DNA from: Mizuhopecten yessoensis
Taxonomy: Eukaryota
Direction: 5' to 3'
Assembly (NCBI RefSeq): GCF_002113885.1
Contig: NW_018403537.1
Span: 4,025-68,024 of the forward strand
Length of the DNA stretch: 64,000 nt
Shown: in pieces, positions 39,738 through 52,950 of the stretch
Numbering within the stretch: position 1 is the first letter of the stretch
Layout of the letters: each line of letters begins with the position of its first letter
The notes under the pieces: generated by a model
Database searches by the model: none
What the model was told of the DNA's origin: nothing
Seen by the model: only the letters and a program-made list of their open reading frames with translations
Program-made: the position numbers and the translations under genes

Positions 39738-40975
39738 TTAGTATCGGTCAGCTCTCGCAGTACCCTCGGAAGACAGGAAGGGGACTACCTGTAGTAGATG
39801 GGTTAGGTTTTTGATCAGTACTTTGTCGCTAGTCGGTGAAGATTTCACAAAAATCCGTCCGTCAGTTGTCCAATAGGTATGAATGTCTATCCTCCATTTT
39901 GCCTTTCCCAACAGCATGATTCCTCAGTGACAAATCATTTCTTGCGGTCATTTTTCAGCTTCCGTTTGCTAGTGAACACCTCATTTTTGACATTCCAGCT
40001 GCGGAACCTACAAATCACTTGGTATTTGCCATTACGATTTTCTTTGCCGATTATATGGGAACGGAGAATGTCATCTTTCCCAATGTTGATATTAAGTTTT
40101 GACCTGCAAATTTCTATTAGTTTATGGGCCGTGAACCTTTTCTGGACAGGTTTCAGTGTCACGTTGTGTTTCGACGACCATATTGTTCTAACTCCTCTAT
40201 TTTTCAAGCAAGGCAGATTTTTCATCAATGCAAACATTCATTTTTTTTCAAATCGGTCTTAGGTGAAGCACATTTATTGGTTAAGAACTCATTGGAAGCT
40301 TTCAGATCAGATAAAGCAGTCTCGTGTCTCTGGATTTTATGTTGTAAAGATTGTATAAGTTCAGCCATTGTTGCTTGGACAATGTCCTTGAACATAATCC
40401 GTCAAACAGGGGACGAAGGCCTCAGCTCACACTGGTGCTATAGGTTTAGCTAGATCTGGATTGGATAGGGAGGATCTTATAATTGTATCCATATCGATAA
40501 ATTTGCCTTTCCCCATATCTATCCGGTGGGATGAGCCAGCCATGACTTCCATGTTGGGTAGTGAGTTACCACGGGAATGACCTCTGGTATGCCGGGGGTG
40601 GTCAGGGGCACCAGGTGAAGCAGTAAGCTTCCTTTTACTTTTACTGAAATTTTCAGAGCAAGACGTTGACACACTCATAATATTTGAGATGGAAAGTTTT
40701 TTAAGATTTAAATACACAGGTCCGTGAGCGACTCTTATGAAGTCTGTGATAAAATGGCGGTCAGTGCCGGACAATGGAATGTTAACGAGTCAGTGTATAT
40801 GGAAATATCACATACATACGGCGCTAACAGCATACGATGACATTTAGTTATGATGGTTGATTCGTATAAAGTTCACAATTTACAGTTACCCTACGTCTGA
40901 TTGACAATTACATGTATAAACCAACAAACCTAGGTCTCCGATCGTACGGTCAGTCCATTCAAGTCGCCATCTCGA
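39738..40975 (-). mobile_element. CR1/L2-group LINE 5' UTR and ORF1 (coiled-coil and RRM type) pseudogene
   Basis: Across stops and frameshifts: MSVSTS...KRKLTASP, a coiled coil ending IEELEQYGRRN, RSHIIGK...QVICRFRSWNVKNEVFTSKRKLK and HTYWTTDGRIFVK. A YY1-like AGATGGCG lies at 40965-40972 (minus). Confidence 0.85.
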
Positions 40976-43224
40976 ATTTTTATGAAGATATGGCCTGTTC
41001 AAAGTCACAAGTGGATATTTTCCTCTGTGCCATAGAACATATTATCGGTTTGATGCACAGGAAACATCATTAGGCTGTGTTCAAAACATAAAGTCACATG
41101 TTCTTTTTCTTCAGACCATTTATGTTGCCCGTAGGTATAAGATCAGAGTAGGGCAGTTTAATATCTTCCGGCTGTGGGTTAAATGTTGCTTTTGAAGCTG
41201 TAATTATTCTCTCATTTCCAGTCACATGATAGAAAGTTAAATATTGTCGACACAAAGAATAATGTTTTGTATGATAAAATTCTTAAAGTTGCGATGTTTA
41301 ATACTTTGTAGTACTGACAAAGAGTCGAGCAGATTATTACTTTTTTGATATTTTCCCCCCAACTTTATCATAAGCTTGGTTAATTGGAAGTGCTTTACTA
41401 ATAAGTTTATATATCTATTTGTTTGGGTATGTTATTGACGTAAAATTGGATTAACCTTTGACCGCAAATTACCTAATTTCGTACCTTTATATCTTTAAAA
41501 TTGAAAAACTAAAACAACCTGGACAAATTGCATATAATTATGTTCGTGTCCACGGAGGTCACAACTTGCGCAACTGTTTGCCTTGTTAATGGAGTTGATG
41601 CGAAAGTTTCCCGGTATACAGTATCTGGTGGTGCAGAACCTTTTTTATTCAATTCATTACCCTTACTTCTTGTAAGTGGAATCCAGTTAAAATATTCATT
41701 AAAATGCCTTAACTAAATTATTCACCGACTGGGTAATTAACAACTACAGTGGAAGACAACCGAGATATGAAATGATTCACGTGGGCTTCGATAACGATAT
41801 CAGCCACCACGTAAGAGCAAGACTGTTAATAGAGGAAAATCAAACAATAAAACTAAATAAAAGCACAAGCTCCACGTGCAGCCTTCATCTATCATTACCA
41901 CTGAGTATAAACACGAGAACAAAAAAGGGGAGAACGGGGAGGAAGGTGATTCAACTTGGTCATTGATCGATTGGTTGAACTTTGAAAAATTCCAAGAGTA
42001 CGAATTCAAGGTTGTAAATACAATTGTGTGGATTAGTGAGGTAGCGACGATGCTGTTAGAGCAATGGTGGTGGTCTCCCGGGCGGGTCGGGACGCGTTAG
42101 ACGGTCATCATATAGCGCGCTTCCCCCCTCGAGACAGGGACAAGACATATTAACCTTTTATCGAATGCAGTGTTAACAGTTATCGCTCCATCGTCACTGC
42201 AAATTGTGTTACAAATCTGTCCGGTTAACATCCAAGTGTCGACACGGTGGGTCAAGTTTACATTCATACTGGCAATCACAAGCAAATAAACAGTGGTAAT
42301 TTGGAAAGAGAGTAAATGTTATTAAGATTTATTGCGTGCGATTGAATGTTAACTTCATATAACACTGACGTAGAAGTAGGACATCAGGTTAAAGCTTGTT
42401 ATTTAACCTGACATGTGATACAAAAAAAGGTGAATGACGTTTTACTCTAATTAATGCGTTACTTGTTGATTTTCTCGATCATCAGTTGTATATTAGCTGC
42501 GATTATTAGTTTACTAGATAGCTTTTTAGCGCAAGTTGTGTTTGGAATAATTATCAGTCAGCAGAGACACAATTGTAACTGTCTGTTAGACACAAAGACA
42601 GAAAATTGTACAAGTCGTACATGTAGTTGATATGCTTTGTGGTAGGTGCCGTGATCTGTGGTAGATTTGATATGTAACCTGTGTACGTGATTGTAACAGC
42701 TGTGTTTATATAAGGTCTTTGTCTAGGCTGTGGAGGTATTCATGGCTACTTTTGATTCGCATCTCGACACAGAAAAGCGAGGACGCCACCCAATCTCACT
42801 TCATCGACACCTGGACAACAATACTGACGGACACACAGTTGAAGCTGAACGTCAGACGGCGGACAAAACACAAAGATTAAGGACTCGTTTGACTGATGTT
42901 TAGAGAACAGACTTCATAACCTTCCTCGCTATGGTGTATGCCGAAAGTAAACAGCAAGGCAAGTGTGGAAATGGGTAACGAAGAAATATTTTTTAAATAA
43001 CTATCGTGTCCCCAAATATGATAGAAAATCCCGTATTCTTCATTGGTTTCAAACATTAATCTCTTCTTATTATCACGCAGTTGGTATCAGCATGTATATT
43101 CATTTCTCAGATCTCAACCTTTTCACAGCAAAGGTTGTTCAAGAATAATGCATTATACAACGGCCTACCAAGTTTTCAAAGCTATGTATTTAAAGCTGAA
43201 CGCCAAGTCGATGGAAGGTCTTTG

Positions 43225-43292
43225 GTTTGCCCCGTCCTTAAATGACCATAGCTGTTGATAGGACGTTAAACAATACTAAACCAAACCAAACC
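43225..43292 (+). mobile_element. SINE 3' end fragment
   Basis: CCTTAAATGACCATAGCTGTTGATAGGACGTTAAAC followed by an (AAACC)n tail, the same tail type as at 33860. Confidence 0.6.
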
Positions 43293-43519
43293 CGACTTTA
43301 GTTTGCCTCGGCTAGGGTACAGAGCCAATAACATGTATCGCTTGGTCGAACGTTCAAAGTAGCCGCACATGTAGAAATAAAAAGTAAAGATTCCAAATGT
43401 CAAATGGATGCAACGCTTTTTATGTCGCTAAGTAAAGGTCACAGAAGTAAATTCCTGATTCTACAGGGGCGTGTCTACTCTAAGTTGATATCTTAAATTT
43501 GGCCTGATCTATGATAAAG

Positions 43520-43860
43520 ATCAGATCATGGTGGCATTATCTGTGGTAAGAGTCATAGATTTCAAGCTGCAATGCTCTATCGCAGAGATATAGTTGTATG
43601 CTTCTATATAGCAAACCAGTGTGATCCTTAAATGTTCATGGCATGGTCCATTGTGGAGACCAGTGGAACATATCGTGGTCGAAATGGTTTGGAAGACGTT
43701 GTGTTCTGTGATAGTCGACCTACCTTTCAACCAGATTAATGTATGTTCCATGTTGTTTTCTCCACACCAATCAGGAGCTGACGTTTCTAACTTAATGCGG
43801 GTTTACGACTTTACCATAATAGTCCTCGCATCGCCTTCCCTTGAGACAGCTGACATCCTA
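43520..43860 (-). mobile_element. Possible RTE-clade LINE C-terminal remnant
   Basis: Frameshifted minus-strand motifs resembling RTE RLPK...G.R..G.P..RFKD (QRLPN..., TFKDH). Very decayed. Confidence 0.35.
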
Positions 43861-46800
43861 TAGTCACAGAGTCGCTTCTTTATGATACAATATCCGACCA
43901 AAACCTTTTCATTTCAAAATCATTTCGAGAAGTGTGTTCACATTCTAAGAAATGTAGACAATGCAGATAAGAGCAGCAACCCCATCTTAGCTAAAGAAGT
44001 GGCTTTAATCGTAAAGGAATTAAATGTCGTTAGAAATTAGCATTGTAGCCAACTGAGACATTTTTTCCTAAGTAGCAACGTGAATTCCTGAACACAGCCT
44101 CAACCATGAGCTGTCATCACTTTCTTAGGTTTTTGGACATGACATAGTATATGAGATGTTTGAGTGAAAATAACTATCCTCTATTTGCATTCTTAAACAG
44201 TATGTTTAAACACTTCGCCAAAAAGTTCACGATAAACCCTATTAAACTTTAGACAGGACTATTATTCCAATTGCCTTACAAACAAAAACCCTTTGACTTA
44301 TACTTCAATCAAAATTATCGATTTTACATCGAAACATTAATTTTGAAGGATAAGTTCTAAGCTCTAATTTTCCTTAAACAGACTGTGATGCAGACCGTTG
44401 CATGGTACTGATTCTTTATCACTTTTGTTTGATCAAAAGTTATATATGGTTCCTTGATGAATGGGTCAGCTCGCAAATCATATTGCTAGATATTTGATCA
44501 CTTCCATCATGGAGGTGGGAGGGTTCTTCTGGTTTAAGGAGTTTTTCGCACAACACCTGCCGCGAGGCTCTGAATTGAAGCAAATGAATCACTTAATTAT
44601 TCCAAGACAATAGCGTCTCTCTTGCTTGCTTTCGACTTGAAAGGTATTCCAGAATAGTCAGCTTTTAATTCAATATTTCACTCAAAATATACAACGGTTC
44701 GAACAAAAAAGAAGTGATTTCAACTTTTTGCCGATGGCTTCGAACACTACGCGAAAATTCTGATTTAGATCCGTCATGGACATGGGCGTTTTGACAGTCT
44801 GGTGGAAATAAGTATTACATCTAACACTCTCCCGATTAAATACAAGCGTTCTTTTTCGAGAATTTTCAAAATGTTTTTCACCTTAACTCTAAATACCGAC
44901 GATTCTATGATCGAAGAAAAATGAGAAGCAAAGTGTGTTGCTGATAATATATATTTCCTTTTCGTTTACCCAATAATGTTGTTATCTCACATTAAGCAGT
45001 TTCAATTAACCTAGCTCTGGATGAAATTGTTAACAATAAAATGAAAATAAAACCAATGTTGCAGTATATTGCTAAGACTCGTTTTCAGTACTAAAACAAT
45101 TAATATCGGAACTTTCGATGAATATTTTCATATAAAACATTGTCTTTCGAATTACTGCAACCTGATCTTAATTCAGATACCCTTTCATGTTTGAACAAGT
45201 GTAAATGATAATGTGGATAGGACTGCAAAAGAAACACTTGCCGTACAATAGGAGATATGAAACTGCTTTATTCTAATTTCAAACATTCCATAGCCAAATG
45301 TATTAAAGCCGTTACAATGTACCTAAGCCAGTTGCGTATTTTTTTTATCCGTGATTGAAGATAACTTTTCGCGAAAATTATTAAAATTAAATTCAGAATG
45401 GAAAATCAAACTTATTTTACTCGATCATATGCATTTGTTTTGTGTATGTGCTCTTTTTACGATTCAATATTTGTATCTTTTGAAACTAGGTTTCAATATT
45501 TTCTTAATTGTATATGAAATTCTTTCTTTGACATTTGTTTTCAACACATTTTTTTTTATTTGGATTGTATATTGTATCTTGTTCTAATGTTTCGAAACGA
45601 TATCATTTAATCTTCTGTCTGATTATAATGCTACCCGGTAATTGATATTCTACAATTACATCATCAACACCTTTTGTTACTTTGATCTTGATTTTCGTGA
45701 CAAAATAACACGGGAGGTTTTTTTACATCGACTCTGAAATCATTTACCAAAGAACAGTTCATGCGAGGCACGTGAGCAGTTTCACAGCATGTTCACATTC
45801 TATTCTCACGATCAGATCTCAACTGGAAGCAGTCTTATGATTAGCGTTCTTTTTTTTCCATTACACTTTTATTTTATGAAAAGTTAAATCAAATTTAGCT
45901 AACTCTCCCGATGATTTCTCTCGCGTGGGACTAATATGGAGAACTTGTTTCATAATTTGGTTAAACAACTATTCTTAAATTAAGATTGAAAAGAGATAAA
46001 AGAAATGCTGATGACATTTCGTGGTGGACATCTCTTTAAGTTACTTGTGCTATATTATCAAAACAAAATCAAAAACATCCCATTGGAGTTAGACAGCATC
46101 GCCAATCAAACGGAGTAACTGACAATATTTTTCTGTATTCATATTGTCGTTTCTCTAGGAAAAGGTACTAGATAAGATTTGACGAAACGACTTTGCAGTT
46201 TTATTGATGTGTTTTGACTAAACACTTGACACGGGTTAAGCGGTTTTAAAGAAACTGTTGCAGTTTTCTTTCATTTCATAATAAAAACAAACGTCACTGC
46301 ATCGCTGCATTGAAATGTCCATTGAAACGCCTATTGAAATGCCTCTAAAATAAAACTCATCCAACAGTTTGACGAGTGACGAGAGATATACCGCTAACAG
46401 GCAAGTGCAAAGGAGCGGGAAAAGAACAAATGTACTGTAAAAAAATACTTACTTTAGCGGACACAAATTTAAGCGTATTCCCAAATTTTAATAGATAAGC
46501 ACATTGATGACTGCACGCACTCACAATATCTGCAGTAGAAACCTAAATACAGAAGCGTTAACCGTAAATAATTTAGAAAACGTCAAAAGTAGAATATCGT
46601 TACAGAAAACAAAAACGCTGTTGTGGGTGCAGCAGATTTATTAATGTCCTTATTCAGACGTTCAGGGTCACAAAACGCGCCTCTTACGATATCATGCAGT
46701 GGTATACAACAGGACAATGTTACCCATAACCTACATGGGGTCTTTATGGAAAGAAACAACTGTTTAAGATTAAATTAACAGTAATCTAAAACCCTTATTG

Positions 46801-47817
46801 AAATTGATAGATAACATAAAAATAGCTTATTGAGATTAACTCTTAACCAGAATAAATCGCATGTTTTCGACTTTCGTTCGCATTTACCTTCAGTCTATTC
46901 GAACAGCGGTCGGTAACTCTGAGTAACAATTTCAGAAAACTTTCCCCAAAAACCGAGAAATGTAATAAAAATGAAAATTAATCGTAAAATAATCACTCCC
47001 CCCCCCCCCCTTTGTCTGTAATCCTGACACAAAAAGACCCCTGCGAATTCGGGGAAATAAAACCCCTGCTGTATCCAAATGCGTGTTATCGTAAGAGGGC
47101 ATTTTGATTCTACTATCAATGCTGACTTGATCCATGTGACTTCACAGGGTGTTGTCTGGAATCTTGTCTAGCAAACACCAACATCTGGATAATCAGCAAT
47201 ACGTTTCAGCTTTATTGGGACAAGACAGAAGTATTCATCTTATATCTCAAGTGTCAGCAAACACAGACGCTACTGTGAAAGTTTAGTGCTAAAACTAAAA
47301 GGGCAGTTTTAGCTGTATAAGTACCAATGGTTTATTTCGACAATTCACTTAACATGGAGAAACATGTGAGTCCTGTTACTACTAGATCAGAAAAATTCCG
47401 CATTTATTAACACAGATGTTTGCAAGATTAAAATGTATTCGGGGGAACGTCTATGCTATATCCATTGCATAAGTTTCCTGTGTGATACAGGTCGTAGTAC
47501 GTTTGTTTTATGTACACATACAAGGCATTATATTGAACAGCTCCTCAGTATTGCAAGGTTTAAGTTAAATGTTATCAACCGCCTCAGTTGCTGCAATAAA
47601 TTTGGTAGCAAATCTTAAACCGTTGTAACATCTTCACCAGTAAAATGTAGTTCAACCAAATTTTCAATGAAACATCATTGGGAACAAGGAAATCAAATGT
47701 TGTATAATGAAAGCTCGTTATTTCCATTTGTACTACCAGGCAGAACCCAAAATGGGAAATTTTGTGTGTTGTATGATTCAGACTGAACATATTTTGCCAT
47801 GATTGGTTAAATGTCTA

Positions 47818-48818
47818 GTTGAATGTAAAGGCTCTGCGGACTTTTAGTTACATAAAATAATTATCTTGATAAAGCCTTTGAGGAAGGACTAGCAAACATT
47901 TCTAAAGCATGCTTCGATATCAAATCAGTATTTTGTCAATTATATCAAACTACATTAAACTTAATACCTCATACCATGATTGGCCCTCTAAAGTTACAAA
48001 CTGATAATCTCAGTGCAGTGATATTGGTTCTAGATCAAACATAAGCAACAGTCATTTCATCTAGGATCAATTTCTCCTAAATTTCAGTTGATGATATTGT
48101 TTAGAAATCAAAGCAATGAGAAAATCCGAACTGTTGAATTTTCAATTGTCAATCATCTTTGTGCAGAGTGTGTGATCTTCGTCACGCATATTCGGTCACA
48201 TACAGTCAAAATTAAATTAACTTTTAAGTCCTTTGCGTTGAACAAAACTATTCAATGGTCTTGATTTTCAATAAATCATATGCTACCACATGTTACTACA
48301 TACTACTCTTTTACGACATAGAATGACATTATAGCTACTGTTCTAAGAATACAGAGGTGTTTTTGTAAATTAATGGTTTTTTTTGTTAAGTTCTTTAAAG
48401 AACTTAGAGAGTTATGTCCATTTCATGTAAAATCCTATTAGAAATAAATTGTAAAGGTGAAAACACTGTGTATTTTTACTCCGGAGCATTTTAATGTCGA
48501 AAAACTTATGGCCAAAACTCCCGATCATCTTCATAAAGCAATATATTCATCACCGGTCCATACCCTATGCTTCATACAAAATCAATATTAGGTATCACTG
48601 GTATAAATTCACTACCTCAGAACATAACACCATTAATGTATATGTTGAATGTAAAGGCTCTGAGGACTTTTAGTTACATAAAATAATTATCTTGATAAAG
48701 CCTTTGAGGAAGGACTAGCAAACATTTCTAAAGCATGCTTCGATATCAAAACAGTATTTTGTCAATTATATCAAACTACATTAAACTTAATACCTCATAC
48801 CATGATTGGCCCTCTAAA
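47818..48818. repeat. 175-bp direct repeat pair (47818-47992 and 48644-48818)
   Basis: GTTGAATGTAAAGGCTCTG...GATTGGCCCTCTAAA occurs twice at offset 826, with two mismatches by eye. Confidence 0.92.
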
Positions 48819-51800
48819 AATATATTATATCAATATAAATGCATATATCACTGTTAGGTGATATTTCCTTTTTTTAATCGAGTAATCACCAATGTTGCCT
48901 GTGTTTTTTCAAAATGTTTTATATAATTGTAAACATTTATTCCTGTATATCAGTTACCTTTTATAAAAGTAGGTACCATGGCAAAATGTTAATTCTCTAA
49001 CCGCTTATAGTAGATTAAGAAGAACTTGTATTAGATCGTTGATATGTTTTCGCTAGTAAATATTTCATGTAACCTATCTGTATAATTTTTTTATTATTAT
49101 TAATTAACGAACGATTTAGTATGCATTTAAAAAAAACATGATGTCTCCCTTCAAATGGAATATAGCAATGGTCACCTTACTTACGACTTACGTATCTAAT
49201 AACATCTAATAAATCTATAATTAAGGAAAACGGAAACGTGTTTACTAGGAAAACAAATGCGTTAAAAGGCAATCCTACTTCGATGGAATGACACGTACAT
49301 TTTGGACGCAATGAATTTGCCGCAAGCTCTGTTAGCAATGTAACACAATTTTTTCAGACAACATGAACAGATAAGACCCGACAAAGAAGCAAGGAAACTT
49401 AATCGTCGGTCTCTGTTTCATCTTAAAGATTCTAGCCCCGTCTAATTTACACAGGCAGTCGTGTGCTTAAGTCTGTTCTGTGGTTTGATCAATTTCTTAA
49501 AAGACGGATGCATTGCGCGTAACTGCCACGACCAGCTGTATGGATCGATATGGACCCCTCCCGAGGGGCTAGTATAATCGTCATAGCTGTAAGGTTTTGT
49601 AACTGCCGACCTGTAATTCTTACCTTGTGAACTTGGATATAGCAGCGCTTGATAAATCAAAATAACCCAACCCTTGTTGCTACCAGCTATACGCGACTAC
49701 ACAGGTTTGAAACAAACTCCCGCACAATGTTAAGGCATGCGACATGTTTTTCACCATGAGGTTTGCAAGTTATATACCGATAAGGTACTTACTCTGTATG
49801 TCAGTTGATGCTGTCTATCAGCATATTGTAAACGATGCAAATAATAAGCACGGTAACATTGTTGAAAGATTAAAAACATTCACAGTTATGTATGATTCTT
49901 GAAACCCCCCACTAAAAACAGCAAATTCCCAACAAAATATTTAACTAATCTATGTATTATTACGAAACGACAATTTTTTAGATATACGTTTTATAAACTT
50001 GTCCAGTTTCATCACAAATTAATACTTAATTGTTCAGGTTATTTTTATACGAGTATGAATAAATCCAAATGTGTACAACTGATTTTATTATTAATAGTTC
50101 CCACCAATTATATTTTTCCAAACTTTTTAAACATGGCAGAGATAAGACTTCATTGGTAAATATTTTGCAATTTTCACTACATTAACCAAGTTCGAAAGCA
50201 AAGTTACATAATGGCTAAATGTTTACGTTAAAAAGTTGAGTATGAATATAAATGGAAGTCAAGCAATTAAATGCAAAACAATTCAAAATTGTCAAAACAA
50301 TAGCAAACACAGAACGATCACTGATAATCTTCTGATGCATCTTGTTGGGGAAAAAGGTAATTCCATTTTCTATTCCGATTATTTATATAAATCAACCAAT
50401 CACAGAAAATGTAAATCGACCGATGTGTTGTATAATTACTCAAATCCAAATTTAGGATCAATGTTTATGAAAAGAATAATTAAATCGTATTTTAATTAGT
50501 GCACGTAGGTAAAATTAAACGGCAAGCTAAATAAAGTTTTTGAAATGTGATGGAACCGCTTTAAGTTCGGTTTCCGAATTTTTGAGATAGTAAATTAAAC
50601 TTTCTCATGATTTTTACCGTTTTCTCCGATGAGTTGTGAAACGCAAGATTATAAAGAATCTGAATTTACCATCATTGCATCATTTTTACTGAACTCGCTG
50701 AGTAGTCCTATGATAACATGCAAAATTTAATGAAAATATGGTTTTTTCTGTCGATAAATCAAACGTAGGTTTTGATTATTAATCGATTTATTTACATCGA
50801 TTTTGATTATTTGTTTCAGTTTTTCTCTTAAAAGGATCGGTGATAAGAACAAAATAGAAAAAAATATTTTAAAAATAAGTTTGATATTTCAACTACATTT
50901 TGTAGTTCTGTAAAATTCTTCTTCGTTAAACAATATTGAAATTCAGTTCGTCCTCTAGCTATCGATATTTGTTTTATCAGAATTTAACTTCTCGAATATT
51001 TAACTATTGTGAATAATGAAGATATTGTTGAAGTTAAAAGCTACTTTTCAAATCGGACTGCTTATGTTTCCTTTGAGAAAACATAGTGTTAAATTTTGAA
51101 AACTTAATATTAGATACTCATTCATCATTATCGATTTGTGGTATTAAACATTTGTTTATGACGGAAACCCCGACTTAAACAAGTGCTAAGGCCTTAAGTG
51201 AGGTTTTGGAAAGCAAGGCGCTAGACAACCAAAAGCTTGTTATTAAGTAGAGATAAAAGATAAAACACCCAAAGTGTGCAATGTGTGCAGCAGATATATT
51301 TTGCTCGGTTTTGTGGGCACTTGTTGAGGGCTCTAAAGTAAATTCCAAATTATGCAGGGGATTACCACATTAGATGGGTTTTTTTTCAAAATGCAGTGGG
51401 TAACTGAGGTATATTATATTTTCCATCCCCGACCTGCAGGTATATGCATCCCAACTCATCAAGTGTCTTTTCAGGACACACTTCAATACAAATTGTTACT
51501 GGTAATATATTTTGAATACATTGTTAATACCTCCAAAACATGTTCTGCTTTATTCTTATCAGAAGACAGTTTTTTTCACATCCACATCCTCAATATATGT
51601 GTTCTTTTTATTATTTTTTTTTATTAAGAATATATGTAGCGCTGCACGCAAGCTAAACGTGTATATTTTCATAACCTTATAGACGAAGCATTCACTGTAG
51701 AAAGCATTGTACCATTGCTTTTTCTTTTTCGTTATATTTAAACAATAATTACAAATTCGGTTAATTTCAAACCCTTTGATGGTTAGATTTTTCGTGTTGA

Positions 51801-52764
51801 CATCATCAGTAGGGATGCAGTTGTCTGGTGGTTTTCAATATCGTTTTGTTCAACATTATCTCCGATTAAACTAACATGCAGTATTTACAAGACAGTTCAA
51901 AAAACTGGTACACGGAGATTTGAAAAAATATCTTCCCACCAAAATGTTTATTTAAAATTTTACAATACAAAATTATGTTCTGAGGTTCCCGAATTAACCA
52001 AGCGGTATCAAACATCAAACCAATGTTTTAAAATATCTAAACACCTGCACATTGTATATCACCGGTCAATATTCTGGACGATGCATCAGTACAAAAACAA
52101 ATGGCTTGTTTACAAAACTCACTATAAATATTTTTCTTATTTAAGTACGTGTTATAGTTAATATTTTGTAACTATATATTATGAAAACCTTAAGAATCAA
52201 AAAAGCTAACCTGGAATGTATTTTGTCAAATACTTAGTTATAATAATATACTATTGTTAATCAAATATATTTTTTTGGGGGGGGGGGGGGGGGGGAATAA
52301 ACAATAATTTCATTTAAACAGTATATATTTTGACGTGTATGCAAACGGCTTTGGTTTTTATGATTTCATGAAAAATGTTTATGCAGGCCATTTTGACAAT
52401 CGTTGATAGTGTTAACAAAACAGCTTTAAAAGTTACAGCACGGCATATGAGTGAGATTCGTATCTAATTTAAATATTTAGTGTTCATCCATTTTACCAAA
52501 AAATAAAAAAATAACTCATTAATCAGTAGCCGTTTATGGTCTGATATTTGGCACTTCTGGCCTTCTCAAACAATATTTGTAACAGAGTCTTGTGATTACC
52601 TACCGGCTGAAAAACGATATAGATAGACCAGTAACATTGTATAAAACCACGGCATATCTTTCTATTGATTCAACTTATTTAATTTATAATAATTTTGGAG
52701 TTAACCATATTGATTCTACTTTTGTCTAACTAAAACTTCTATTTATAACAAAATTGATAGGAAC

Positions 52765-52950
52765 AGGGTTTTTATACAAGTGAAATAACATAGATTTCAT
52801 TCAAGTTAAATAATATGTTTTTTTTTATACAGATGAAGTTACATGGTTTTATACAAGTTAAATTACATGGTGTTATACAAGTTAAGTAACACGAGTTTTA
52901 TACAAGTTAAATTACATTATTTTTATAGAAGTTAAATAACTTGGTTAAAT
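52765..52950. repeat. Degenerate ~25-bp tandem repeat
   Basis: TTTTATACAAGTTAAAT(A/T)ACA repeated about seven times. Confidence 0.75.

Noticed and set aside
51780-51815. Hammerhead ribozyme core (CTGATGA...GAAA, minus strand; similar at ~8880)
   Set aside because: Stems II and III cannot be formed correctly.
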